DNA of 64,000 bases from Thermodesulfobacteriota bacterium. Its GTDB lineage: Bacteria; Desulfobacterota_D; UBA1144; Nemesobacterales; JAJCZQ01. The position numbers and the translations under genes are program-made. The notes under the pieces were generated by a model, which made no database searches, was not told where the DNA came from, and saw only the letters and a program-made list of their open reading frames with translations. This document shows, piece after piece, positions 40,014 through 49,108 of this stretch (its first letter is position 1; the number at the start of each line of letters is the position of its first letter). Location of the stretch: assembly GCA_965215275.1 (NCBI GenBank), contig OZ244044.1, positions 1,093,561 to 1,157,560 on the forward strand, written 5' to 3'.

Positions 40014-41764
40014 TTTTCAGTTACCTTGTCCTTTATATCATCAGACATTCTTATTACTTCAGGATACCATTTTTTCATCGTTGCATCTATTCCCATTCGC
40101 CCGTTGTAAACTACCGCCGAACCCTTCAGTTCAGTATGTTCGAATATAACGTCAAGATACGGGTCAAAACGGGTAAATATACCCCATATTAAATCCGTGT
40201 CATCACTTATATCAACATCCTGACTGACCACCGCTATAATCCTGACGTTCTTAAATCCCGGTGTTTCGAACATCTTTCCGATCAGCTCTTTTGGTTTATC
40301 CCTGGCCTGCAGTACTAAAAACCCTCCGTTCAGTAACCTGTAATTCAGGATCTCCGGGTGTTTTTCTCTCGGGTCAGGAACTCTTCTGGCATATTTTTTC
40401 TTCCCCGCTTCGGGCTTCCTGATCGCATTAATCCCCATCTTGCTTCCCACATTGAGCTTTCCACTTGTAAAATCCAGGGTATCAAGCGGTGCCCAGGGAA
40501 TGAGAAGAAAATCCTCGACGGGGTCAAAGTTCTCCCCGATCTCGTTCAGCACCGCACTGAAATCTCTGGGGTCAATGTCGCTTGACACGGTGATCATACA
40601 TTTTGTGAGAAGCAGCTGCCCTATGCCCCACAGTGCAAGCATGGCTTTTTTCCCGTTTTTTGGAAAACGTTCATCAACTGATACCGCAAGCAGATTATGA
40701 AAACCTGCCTCCGGATATGCCCACATGTCTTTTACTTCCGGCTGTATAATCTTAATAAGTGGAGAGAACATCTCCCCAGCTGCAATTCCAAGGAATATGT
40801 CTTCCTTAGGAGGCTTGCCAACTACCGTGGCGGGATAAACGGCATCGTTCTTATGGGTAATCGTATTTACTCTGAACACCGGAAAATCCGACTCCATTGA
40901 ATAATGACCAAAATGATCACCAAAAGGACCTTCCTCCCTTAAAACGTTCTGCGGAACGACGCCTTCAATCACTATATCCGCATTTGCAGGAACGAACTGA
41001 GATATCGTTTTTCCCTTGACCATGGGGATCGGCTTTCCTCTGAGAAAACTTGCAAATGCAAGCTCGTCCATACCTTCGGGAAGAGGTGCAATGGCACTGA
41101 ATATCATTTTAGGGTCTCCACCCAGTACCACTGCGGCTTCAAGGTCCTGATCAAGCTTTTGTGCCTCGTGGTAGTGTGCAGCACCACCCTTGTGAGGATG
41201 CCAGTGCATTCCCGTAGTTTCCTTATCGTATATCTGCAGCCTGTAAATACCCAGATTTCTCCTTCTGGATACCGGGTCCTGTGTCAGCACCAGTCCCAAA
41301 GTAATGAACTTTCCTCCATCCAGTGGCCAGCATTTGATGACCGGCAGTCTTGACAGGTCCGGAGTAAACTCATTGTCCTGTACGGGACCCGACCTTGTGT
41401 TCTTAGTCCGCATGTTTATCAGTTTGTAAGCTTTTGGAAGTATGGAAAAAAAATTCTTTATCGAAGGCGGGTTCAGCCTGTGAAATATATCCACCAGTTC
41501 ATTACCTACGTCTGACGGCTTTCTGCCCAGAGCCAACTCCACCCTTTCCTCCGTGCCGAACAGGTTCATTGCCAAAGGAAAATCCGCCCCTTTTACATTT
41601 TCAAATATCAAAGCAGAACCTTTTTCTTTTATAACCCTGTCCGCTATCTCGGTAACCTCAAGCACCGGATCAACTTCAGTTTTGATCCTGGTGACATCAC
41701 CTATTTTTTCCAAGTGGTCAATATATCCCTTTAGATCATAGAAACTCTGTCTGGACTTACACAT
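39989..41764 (-). CDS. UbiD-family (prFMN-dependent) decarboxylase, menaquinone/futalosine-associated (MqnL-like)
   Basis: 591 aa, UbiD family. Genomic context with ubiX and ubiA-like genes. Confidence 0.7.
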   Translation of the reverse strand: MCKSRQSFYDLKGYIDHLEKIGDVTRIKTEVDPVLEVTEIADRVIKEKGSALIFENVKGADFPLAMNLFGTEERVELALGRKPSDVGNELVDIFHRLNPPSIKNFFSILPKAYKLINMRTKNTRSGPVQDNEFTPDLSRLPVIKCWPLDGGKFITLGLVLTQDPVSRRRNLGIYRLQIYDKETTGMHWHPHKGGAAHYHEAQKLDQDLEAAVVLGGDPKMIFSAIAPLPEGMDELAFASFLRGKPIPMVKGKTISQFVPANADIVIEGVVPQNVLREEGPFGDHFGHYSMESDFPVFRVNTITHKNDAVYPATVVGKPPKEDIFLGIAAGEMFSPLIKIIQPEVKDMWAYPEAGFHNLLAVSVDERFPKNGKKAMLALWGIGQLLLTKCMITVSSDIDPRDFSAVLNEIGENFDPVEDFLLIPWAPLDTLDFTSGKLNVGSKMGINAIRKPEAGKKKYARRVPDPREKHPEILNYRLLNGGFLVLQARDKPKELIGKMFETPGFKNVRIIAVVSQDVDISDDTDLIWGIFTRFDPYLDVIFEHTELKGSAVVYNGRMGIDATMKKWYPEVIRMSDDIKDKVTEKWSGYWKI

Positions 41765-41834
41765 GATATGCTTTCAGTTCAGGCGGTCACCTTCACGGCA
41801 ACGATAAACTGTCCCCCTTATCGCTTAACTTGCA

Positions 41835-42107
41835 CTAAACGATGATATGAGGCTTATGACTTAAATCAATAACTGTATCGGCAACTTGCTGAACCGAGAA
41901 GCAACCTTCTCCATAGTCCCTCATGCCGATCTTAATAGCGTCATTTTCACTTTCGAAGAACTCTATAATTTTTTCCTTATGAAGCAGTGCAAATTCATTT
42001 AGATGCATTTTCTTCAGTTCGGGAAGATGGGATTGAAAATATTTAAAATTAGCACTTACTTCGGCCATCGCTTCACTCAACACTTCTTCCATAGTTTTGT
42101 CAGTCAT
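41835..42107 (-). CDS. small hypothetical protein (90 aa) within the quinone cluster
   Basis: ORF only. Confidence 0.3.
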   Translation of the reverse strand: MTDKTMEEVLSEAMAEVSANFKYFQSHLPELKKMHLNEFALLHKEKIIEFFESENDAIKIGMRDYGEGCFSVQQVADTVIDLSHKPHIIV

Positions 42108-42212
42108 CTGCCCTCTCCTCGCTTTTCAGACCTGTTCAAATTATATAACTCCTCTTGTCAAATCAAGGAGTAAAAACTTTTCTGCTGACGTAAAAGTTGC
42201 TATCTGGATTCA

Positions 42213-42764
42213 TCAATCCAGTTCTTCGCTCTTCCACCCACCACCGTTCTGCACGCCTACGGCACCAAGGAGCTTATCAACATAGGCTTTCACAAGATCA
42301 TCCACGTTGTCGGATTTTAAATAATGGGGAGGACTTATCGGAGCGATCACAACTCCTTCTCGCGAAAGTTTCAATGCGTTTTCAAGTGCTATGGAACTCA
42401 AAGGGGTTTCCCTTATTGCTATTACAAGCCGTCTTTTCTCTTTGAGTGCAACCTGGGCGATTCTTGTGATAAGAGAGTCCGCGACGCCGTTGGCGATCTT
42501 GGCAAGTGTCGATATCGTGCAGGGAACTATGACCATGGCGTCAAAATGGTTACTGCCGGACGAAAAAGGAGAAGCGAGGTCGGAGTCGCTGTATATCTCG
42601 TTGACCCAGGTTTTCATTTCATCAGCCTTTAGCCCAAGCTCCTCATTAAGAACGTGCTTGCCCCATTTGCTGACAATAAGGTATTTGTCATCCGGGCATC
42701 TTCTTGTAAAGTCCACTCCGTAAACAACGCCTGAAGCACCTGTAATTCCAACTATCGTTCGCAT
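42213..42764 (-). CDS. ubiX: flavin prenyltransferase UbiX (prFMN synthase)
   Basis: 183 aa; N-terminus IVGITGASGVVYG is typical of UbiX/Pad1. Confidence 0.85.
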   Translation of the reverse strand: MRTIVGITGASGVVYGVDFTRRCPDDKYLIVSKWGKHVLNEELGLKADEMKTWVNEIYSDSDLASPFSSGSNHFDAMVIVPCTISTLAKIANGVADSLITRIAQVALKEKRRLVIAIRETPLSSIALENALKLSREGVVIAPISPPHYLKSDNVDDLVKAYVDKLLGAVGVQNGGGWKSEELD

Positions 42765-42767
42765 AGG

Positions 42768-43607
42768 TCACAAGTATATACCACTTACAATAAAAAGGAA
42801 CACGGCTATTCCAACAAGTATATTGATCTTGAAAAATGCAAGATCGACGTCCGATGACATTCTGTGCTCAAAGAACAGAAGCAGACCAGTGGCAAGCAAT
42901 GCTGCACCGGGCATTATCCCGGTAAAATATCTGTAATAAAGTATAGCAAGGAATGCAAAAGCAAAGGCATGGCAAACGGCTGAAACCCTCATCGCTTTTT
43001 TTCTGCCGTAAACTGAAACCATTGAACGGATATTGTTTTTCAGGTCGAACTCCTCGTCCAGCGTGGCATATATAATATCAAAACCTGACACCCAGAACAT
43101 TGTAAACAGTACCAGGAGCAGTGGTTTTTCCAGTCCGTTCAGCGAACAGGTTACGGCAACCCATCCGCCAAGAGGAGCTAAGGCAAGGGCAAGACCGACC
43201 CCAAAATGACAAAAAGGCGTCCAGCGTTTCATATACGGATAAGCTATAAAAACGGCCAGCGGTACCGGAGAAAGGTAAAAAACCAGGTCACATATAAAAA
43301 AGCAGCTTACAAAGTAAAAAGCCAGACCAAGACCCATGACAGTGTAACTTTCGTTCAGGGATATTTTTCCAGCTGGCAGTTCCCTGTCCCTTGTTCGTGG
43401 GTTCAGAAAATCGATCTTTCTGTCAATTATCCTGTTCAGCCCCATTGCTGCGGTCCTTGCACCAGACGCAGCTGCCAGTATAAGCATAAGCAGATAGAAA
43501 GGTGGAACACCTTCAGCAGCAAGAAAGGAACCTGCAAGCACTACTGAAAAGGAAAACAGGGTATGCTCAACTTTGATGAACTTTCCGTAGCTGCTGATCT
43601 TATTCAT
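42768..43607 (-). CDS. UbiA-family polyprenyltransferase (MqnP-like)
   Basis: 279 aa, multi-TM, Asp-rich motif NRIIDRKID. Confidence 0.75.
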   Translation of the reverse strand: MNKISSYGKFIKVEHTLFSFSVVLAGSFLAAEGVPPFYLLMLILAAASGARTAAMGLNRIIDRKIDFLNPRTRDRELPAGKISLNESYTVMGLGLAFYFVSCFFICDLVFYLSPVPLAVFIAYPYMKRWTPFCHFGVGLALALAPLGGWVAVTCSLNGLEKPLLLVLFTMFWVSGFDIIYATLDEEFDLKNNIRSMVSVYGRKKAMRVSAVCHAFAFAFLAILYYRYFTGIMPGAALLATGLLLFFEHRMSSDVDLAFFKINILVGIAVFLFIVSGIYL

Positions 43608-43702
43608 AAAGATAGATAATGACTTCCTTATACTGAACTGAAACAGAGAAATGATCTGCCGGACAGGGTTGATAAAAAGTATAAAAAACGAAACTGTTTT
43701 TC

Positions 43703-44503
43703 CTAATTACCGAATAACATATCACCAGCTACGATCTTCTGCAGTTCGCCCCCGGACTCTTCTATGTATATATATCCATAACTATCCACTTTTCTAACGA
43801 CCCCGCTCACTGCCTTCCCTGACACGTTTATTGAAACAAACTCATTGAGCTTTCCCCACTTGTTTGTCCAGTCAGCCACGATAAAATGTGTCCCCAGCCT
43901 CATGAATTTTAAATAGTATTCATCAAGAACGCTTATAAGTCTTGAGGCAACCTGTTCTCTGTCAAACTTTTTTCCGCTCTCCAGAAAAAGCGATGTTACT
44001 TTATTAACTTCGCCGGAAAGATTTAGCTTTATAAGTTCCTCCGTGACATTTACATTTAATCCAATTCCAACAATTATATAATCTAACTTATCTTCTTTTG
44101 ACCGCATCTCGGTCAGAACGCCCGATACTTTCTTACCGTTTATCAATATGTCGTTTGGCCATTTAATTTCCGGAGCAAAATTAAGACCTTTCAGTGTTTT
44201 GACAAGAGCCAGGGAAGCAATGAAGGTAAACACGGGTGAATAAGAGGGATGTATATCAGGTCTGAACAACACGGACATATAGATATTAGAACCACCCGGA
44301 GAAAACCAGTTCTTTTCTCCTCTTCCCCTGCCACCCGTCTGCTCATCCGCGATCAGCACAATCCCTTCACCGGGATCAGAAAGCGCTATTTCCGACAACA
44401 CGGTGTTCGTTGAAGAGACACTGTCAAAAACCCTTACGTCTCTTCCAATTATCAGACTTCTTATGAGTTTACTTATCTTCTGTTTATCTATTTTACCCAT
44501 CAA
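43703..44503 (-). CDS. birA: biotin--[acetyl-CoA-carboxylase] ligase
   Basis: 266 aa, GRGRGEKNWFSPGG biotin-binding motif. Confidence 0.8.
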   Translation of the reverse strand: MMGKIDKQKISKLIRSLIIGRDVRVFDSVSSTNTVLSEIALSDPGEGIVLIADEQTGGRGRGEKNWFSPGGSNIYMSVLFRPDIHPSYSPVFTFIASLALVKTLKGLNFAPEIKWPNDILINGKKVSGVLTEMRSKEDKLDYIIVGIGLNVNVTEELIKLNLSGEVNKVTSLFLESGKKFDREQVASRLISVLDEYYLKFMRLGTHFIVADWTNKWGKLNEFVSINVSGKAVSGVVRKVDSYGYIYIEESGGELQKIVAGDMLFGN

Positions 44504-44630
44504 TAAAAACGTTTAGAGGGTCAGGTCTTGCGTTCTCTTGTAAAACAACCAGATCCCAACCTAAAATTATTGTTTCATAAATTGACAAAGTTTTCTTTTT
44601 AAATATTTTATTCCGTTTACAACATAAAGG

Positions 44631-44704
44631 GGGCCCATAGCTCAGTTGGTCAGAGCAGCGGACTCATAATCCGTTGGTCCCAGGTTCGAGTCCTGGTGGG
44701 CCCA
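44631..44704 (+). tRNA. tRNA-Met (anticodon CAT; elongator type, or tRNA-Ile2 if lysidinylated)
   Basis: 74-nt cloverleaf: acceptor GGGCCCA/TGGGCCC, D-arm GCTC/GAGC, anticodon loop CTCATAA, T-loop TTCGAGT. The anticodon stem has GGA rather than GGG, so it is not an initiator tRNA. CCA is not encoded. Confidence 0.85.
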
Positions 44705-44821
44705 GATAACACGGCAGTGAACATTTTAACGGTTAACACGATCATTAACGCTATAGCATCCTTAATACTGATCAGCATCATGAATTTAGATTATATTACA
44801 AACTAATAAAAGGAGAACAAT

Positions 44822-45538
44822 ATGCAAGACCAAATACTTGGTCTCCAGCAACTTCAGAGCGTTGACGCAGAATTAAAAGAAATAGAGGTCAATTTGGAAG
44901 AGTACCCAAAGAAAATTTCGAGCATTAAGGATGAGATTAAAAATGCAACTGATTCTATAGAGGAGAAAAAAAATAATCTGGCGGAGCTTGAAAAAACAAA
45001 ATCTGAAATTGAGACCAGAATACAGAATAATCTCGATTCAATAAAAAAAGCCGAAGAAAAACTGTTTGAGATAAAAACACACAAGGAATACGAAGCACTT
45101 CAGAAAGAAATAGCCGAAGTTAAAAGATCTAACTCCGAACTCGAAGAACAGGTCATTGAAAAAATGGAGGACACTGAAAATCTCACCAGCGAGATAGACA
45201 AAGAAGAAAAGGACTTTACAGATAACCAGATCAGTTACAAAGAAAAAATAGATGAATATGAATCACTGATCAAAGATCTTAATTCCAGGCTGGAACCCGT
45301 AATAACGAAAAAAGAAGAAATACTAAAAAAGATAAATTCCGACGTTTTACCTATTTATAAACAGGTCATAAACAGAAATGGCACGGCCCTGGCACTCGTG
45401 GAAAATGAAGTGTGCACTGGATGCAACATGAACATACCCCCTCAGCTGTACATTCAGGTACTGGCACAGAAAAAAATATATCAATGCCCGAACTGTAAAA
45501 AGATCCTCTACTCTAATTCATATAAAGAAGGGCAGTAA
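44822..45538 (+). CDS. COG1579-type coiled-coil protein with a C-terminal C4 zinc ribbon
   Basis: 238 aa, long coiled coil, then CTGCNM...CPNCKK. Confidence 0.7.
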   Translation: MQDQILGLQQLQSVDAELKEIEVNLEEYPKKISSIKDEIKNATDSIEEKKNNLAELEKTKSEIETRIQNNLDSIKKAEEKLFEIKTHKEYEALQKEIAEVKRSNSELEEQVIEKMEDTENLTSEIDKEEKDFTDNQISYKEKIDEYESLIKDLNSRLEPVITKKEEILKKINSDVLPIYKQVINRNGTALALVENEVCTGCNMNIPPQLYIQVLAQKKIYQCPNCKKILYSNSYKEGQ

Positions 45539-45539
45539 A

Positions 45540-45965
45540 ATCAAAGTTCTAGCCGGTTTATCACAACCTATTGACGCCTACACAGATGGAGCTTCCAGAG
45601 GTAATCCTGGTGATTCAGGAATAGGGATATTATTCAGAGACAACAATAACGTTCACAGAGAATATAAACGCTACATAGGTACCGGTACAAACAATAACGC
45701 CGAATATACCGCCCTGATCACCGCACTTGAGATCGCAAGCAAAGAAAAAGTAGAAAAGATAAACGTTTACACTGACTCTCAACTTGTAGCCAATCAGATC
45801 AACAGTCTTTGGAAGGTTAAGGACCCGAGCGTAAGGGTTTTATTTAATAAAGTCAAGAAGCTGGTCAAAAAATTCCGCCACTTTACAATCACTCACGTCA
45901 AAAGAGAAAACAATTCCGAAGCCGACAGACTTGCAAACGAGGCCATTAACGAATATTTTAGTTAA
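45540..45965 (+). CDS. rnhA: ribonuclease HI; no ATG/GTG/TTG start in frame. Provisional start at ATC 45540, directly after the upstream stop with GAAGGG as a possible SD.
   Basis: Frame open from 45432 to TAA 45963-45965. Translation ...IDAYTDGASRGNPGDSGIGILFRD...AEYTALITALEIA...VYTDSQLVANQIN...ADRLANEAI is an RNase H type 1 domain. Not in the ORF track. Confidence 0.7.
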   Translation: MKVLAGLSQPIDAYTDGASRGNPGDSGIGILFRDNNNVHREYKRYIGTGTNNNAEYTALITALEIASKEKVEKINVYTDSQLVANQINSLWKVKDPSVRVLFNKVKKLVKKFRHFTITHVKRENNSEADRLANEAINEYFS

Positions 45966-45966
45966 C

Positions 45967-46333
45967 GGCGAGTTAGCTAAGCGGTCGCTTGCTCAGGCAA
46001 GAGGAAAGTCCGAACTTCAAAGGGTAGTGTGCTGGTTAATGGCCAGGTACCGTGAGGTAACGGAAAGTGCCTCAGAAAAGATACCGCCTATGCATAATAT
46101 ATGCAGGTAAGGGTGAAATGGCAGTGTAAGAGACTACCGCTCTGATCGGTGACGATCATTGGCAAGGCAAACCCCGCACGAAGAAAGGCAAAATAGAGAA
46201 GCACCTGAAACTTTCGTTTCAGACTGGGCGACCCGTCCAATGCTTCCGGGTGTGCCGCTAAAGATATTCAGTAATGAATATTTTAGATGAATGACCGCTC
46301 ACGACAGAATTCGGCTTACAGGTTAACTCGCTG
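45967..46333 (+). ncRNA. rnpB: RNase P RNA (bacterial type A)
   Basis: P4 strand GAGGAAAGTCCG. AACGGAAAGTGCCTCAGAAA...ACCGCC. TAAGGGTGAAATGGCAGTGTAAGAGACTACCGC. 3' end GATGAATGACCGCTCACGACAGAATTCGGCTTA nearly identical to E. coli M1 RNA. P1 helix GCGAGTTA (45968-45975) pairs with TAACTCGC (46324-46331). Confidence 0.9.
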
Positions 46334-46369
46334 CTAAATTTCTCTAATACGTTTCAGGAGAACAACAGA

Positions 46370-47572
46370 CTATTTAATAACAGCCTTTACAAACTCCCTC
46401 TTTCCGATCTTGATCTCCAGTTCAGACCCGTCAGGAAGCGAACTTTGCAAATCCGAGAACTTTTGTCCGTTTATCGTAAGGCCTCCCTGGGCGATCAACC
46501 GCCTCATTTCCGCTTTAGACCTGAGCACCTCGGAAACTGCAGAGACAAGGTCCAACAGGGTCATAATTTCGCCTCCATCAATACTTACGACCCTTGCGTC
46601 ATCGGGAAAGGACCTTCGTGAAAATTTCGTTTCAAAATCCGATCTGGCCTTATCCGCCTCAACGTGGCTGTAAAGCCAGCTGGTTATTTCGTAGGCAAGC
46701 ATTTTTTTGGACTCCATGGGATGTGACCTTTTCAAAGACCCTATTTCTTCATCGGTCTTTGAGGTCAGCAGGTAGAAATACCTCCACATAAGTTCATCAG
46801 ATACTGACATTACCTTTCCATAAACGTCCATTGGGTCTTCCTCAATACCAATATAGTTCCCAAGGGACTTTGACATCTTCTTCACTCCATCAGTACCTTC
46901 AAGTATGGGTAAAAATACTGCAACCTGGGGTTCCAGTCCAAAATATCTCTGAAAGTCCCTGCCTAACAGTATGTTAAAGGTCTGGTCCGTACCGCCCATC
47001 TCCACGTCCGCACGCGTCTGGACAGAATCATAAGCCTGGATCAGCGGATACATAAACTCCTTTAAAGATATGGACGAACCGCTCTTGTACCTTTTACTGA
47101 AATCGTCCCTCTCCAGCAGTCTTGCAACGTTAACCTGAGAAGTGAGATTAAGGAGCTGATCAAAGCTCAGCTTGCCCAGCCAGGCCGAGTTGAAGATTAT
47201 ATCCGTCTTTTTCCTGTCAAGGATCTTAAAGACCTGCTTCTCGTACGTCTCTGCATTTTTAACTATCTCATCGGACATAAGCGCCGGACGGGTTTCCGTC
47301 TTACCGGTAGGATCACCTATCATAGCGGTAAAGTCGCCAATTAAAAACAGCACTTTATGCCCGAGGTCCTGAAAATCCCTCAGCTTTTTCAGCAACAGGC
47401 AGTGTCCAAGATGGAGGTCCGGAGCAGTAGGGTCAAAACCCGCTTTGATCCTGAGTGGAACGTTCCTGGCCTTCGAACTTTTAAGTTTTTCCAGAAGTTC
47501 CTCTTTGGATATGATCCCTTCCGTGCCTCTCTCTATTACTTTCAACTGCTCCCTGGGATCTATAAATTTCAT
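46370..47572 (-). CDS. tyrS: tyrosine--tRNA ligase
   Basis: 400 aa, HLGH and KMSKS motifs, C-terminal S4 domain. Confidence 0.9.
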   Translation of the reverse strand: MKFIDPREQLKVIERGTEGIISKEELLEKLKSSKARNVPLRIKAGFDPTAPDLHLGHCLLLKKLRDFQDLGHKVLFLIGDFTAMIGDPTGKTETRPALMSDEIVKNAETYEKQVFKILDRKKTDIIFNSAWLGKLSFDQLLNLTSQVNVARLLERDDFSKRYKSGSSISLKEFMYPLIQAYDSVQTRADVEMGGTDQTFNILLGRDFQRYFGLEPQVAVFLPILEGTDGVKKMSKSLGNYIGIEEDPMDVYGKVMSVSDELMWRYFYLLTSKTDEEIGSLKRSHPMESKKMLAYEITSWLYSHVEADKARSDFETKFSRRSFPDDARVVSIDGGEIMTLLDLVSAVSEVLRSKAEMRRLIAQGGLTINGQKFSDLQSSLPDGSELEIKIGKREFVKAVIK

Positions 47573-47600
47573 TGTTTCTGAATGAAATCAAAGTTTGTTT

Positions 47601-49085
47601 TCAAGGAAGTGTGGAAGAACCCATAAGGTAACGGTCGCACTCTCTTGCGGCCTCTCTTCCTTCGTTTATCGCCCATACCACTAGGCTTTGTCCCCTTCTT
47701 GCATCACCTGCGGCAAAAACTCCTTCCACGTTAGTGGCATATTTGCCATATTCGGCCTTTGCATTGGTCCTTTCATCCGTCGTAAGGTTCATCTGCTGTA
47801 AAAGTCCCTGCTCCGGACCAAGAAAACCAAGTGCCAGAAGTACAAGCTGTGCGGGCCATATTTTTTCCGTGCCGGGCACTTCATTAAACGACATCTTCCC
47901 GTTTTCTGCCTTTTGCCACTCGATCTGTACCGTATGGAGTTCCTTAACGTTGTTTGAATCGTCACCAACGAATTTTTTTGTCATTATCTGATATTTTCTG
48001 GGGTCCCCTCCAAAAACTGCAGCCGCTTCTTCCTGTCCGTAGCCCAGGGAATAGATCTTCGGCCACTGGGGCCATGGATTATCTGCGGACCTTTCCAAAG
48101 GAGGCTGCGAAAGTATCTCAAACTGAACCAGGCTCTTACATTCATGTCTTACGCAGGTGGCAACACAATCCGTTCCCGTGTCTCCACCGCCAAGCACTAT
48201 TACATCTTTACCCTTTGCGGAGATATAATTTCCATCTTCCAGGTTGCTGTCCAGCAGGCTCTTTGTATTGCTCCTTAAAAACTGCATCGCAAAGTATATT
48301 CCGTTCAGTTCCCTGCCTTCAATTGGCAGGTCCCTGGGTACCGTGGCTCCCGTGCATATTACAACCGCATCGTTTTGACCAATAACGTCATCGGCTTTCA
48401 TATCCCTGCCCACTTCAACTCCCGTTACAAAATCAATTCCTTCCTTTCTGAGAATATCCACTCTTCTCTGAACGATGTCCTTATCCAGATGCGGGTTGGG
48501 GATCCCGTACATAAGAAGCCCTCCGATCCTGTCATCCCTTTCATAAACGGTCACGCTGTGTCCCGCCTTATTAAGCTGTGCGGCACATGAAAGTCCTGCG
48601 GGACCTGACCCGATGACCGCTACTTTCTTGCCCGTTCTGATCTCAGGAGGTTCAGGTACTATCCAGCCGGATTCAAAGCCCTTGTCCACGATCGCACACT
48701 CTATTGATTTGATCGTCACGGCTGGTTCGTTTATTCCAAGCACACACGAACCTTCACACGGTGCAGGACAAACACGTCCCGTAAACTCCGGGAAATTGTT
48801 GGTCTTATGTAATCTGTCAAGGGCATCTTTCCATAATCCCTTATATACAAGGTCGTTCCATTCGGGAATAAGATTGTTTACAGGACAGCCGACGGCCATA
48901 CCGGCAAGCATCTCGCCAGTCTGACAGAACGGTACGCCGCAATCCATGCATCTGCTGCCCTGCTCTTTCAGTTCACTTTCGGGAAGATGCTGATGAAATT
49001 CGTTCCAATCACCGGTCCGCTCTTCAGGGTCTCTATCAGGACCAAGTACGCGAGTATAGTTCATAAAACCTGTCGGATTACCCAT
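47601..49085 (-). CDS. gltD: glutamate synthase (NADPH) small subunit
   Basis: 494 aa, N-terminal Fe-S Cys cluster plus FAD/NAD-binding GSGPAG. Confidence 0.85.
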   Translation of the reverse strand: MGNPTGFMNYTRVLGPDRDPEERTGDWNEFHQHLPESELKEQGSRCMDCGVPFCQTGEMLAGMAVGCPVNNLIPEWNDLVYKGLWKDALDRLHKTNNFPEFTGRVCPAPCEGSCVLGINEPAVTIKSIECAIVDKGFESGWIVPEPPEIRTGKKVAVIGSGPAGLSCAAQLNKAGHSVTVYERDDRIGGLLMYGIPNPHLDKDIVQRRVDILRKEGIDFVTGVEVGRDMKADDVIGQNDAVVICTGATVPRDLPIEGRELNGIYFAMQFLRSNTKSLLDSNLEDGNYISAKGKDVIVLGGGDTGTDCVATCVRHECKSLVQFEILSQPPLERSADNPWPQWPKIYSLGYGQEEAAAVFGGDPRKYQIMTKKFVGDDSNNVKELHTVQIEWQKAENGKMSFNEVPGTEKIWPAQLVLLALGFLGPEQGLLQQMNLTTDERTNAKAEYGKYATNVEGVFAAGDARRGQSLVVWAINEGREAARECDRYLMGSSTLP

Positions 49086-49108
49086 TCAGTTTTCTCCAAA
49101 GAACACGG

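Noticed and set aside
44631-44704. tRNA as initiator tRNA-fMet
   Set aside because: The anticodon stem lacks the three consecutive G-C pairs (GGA/TCC instead of GGG/CCC), and position 1-72 is a normal G-C pair.
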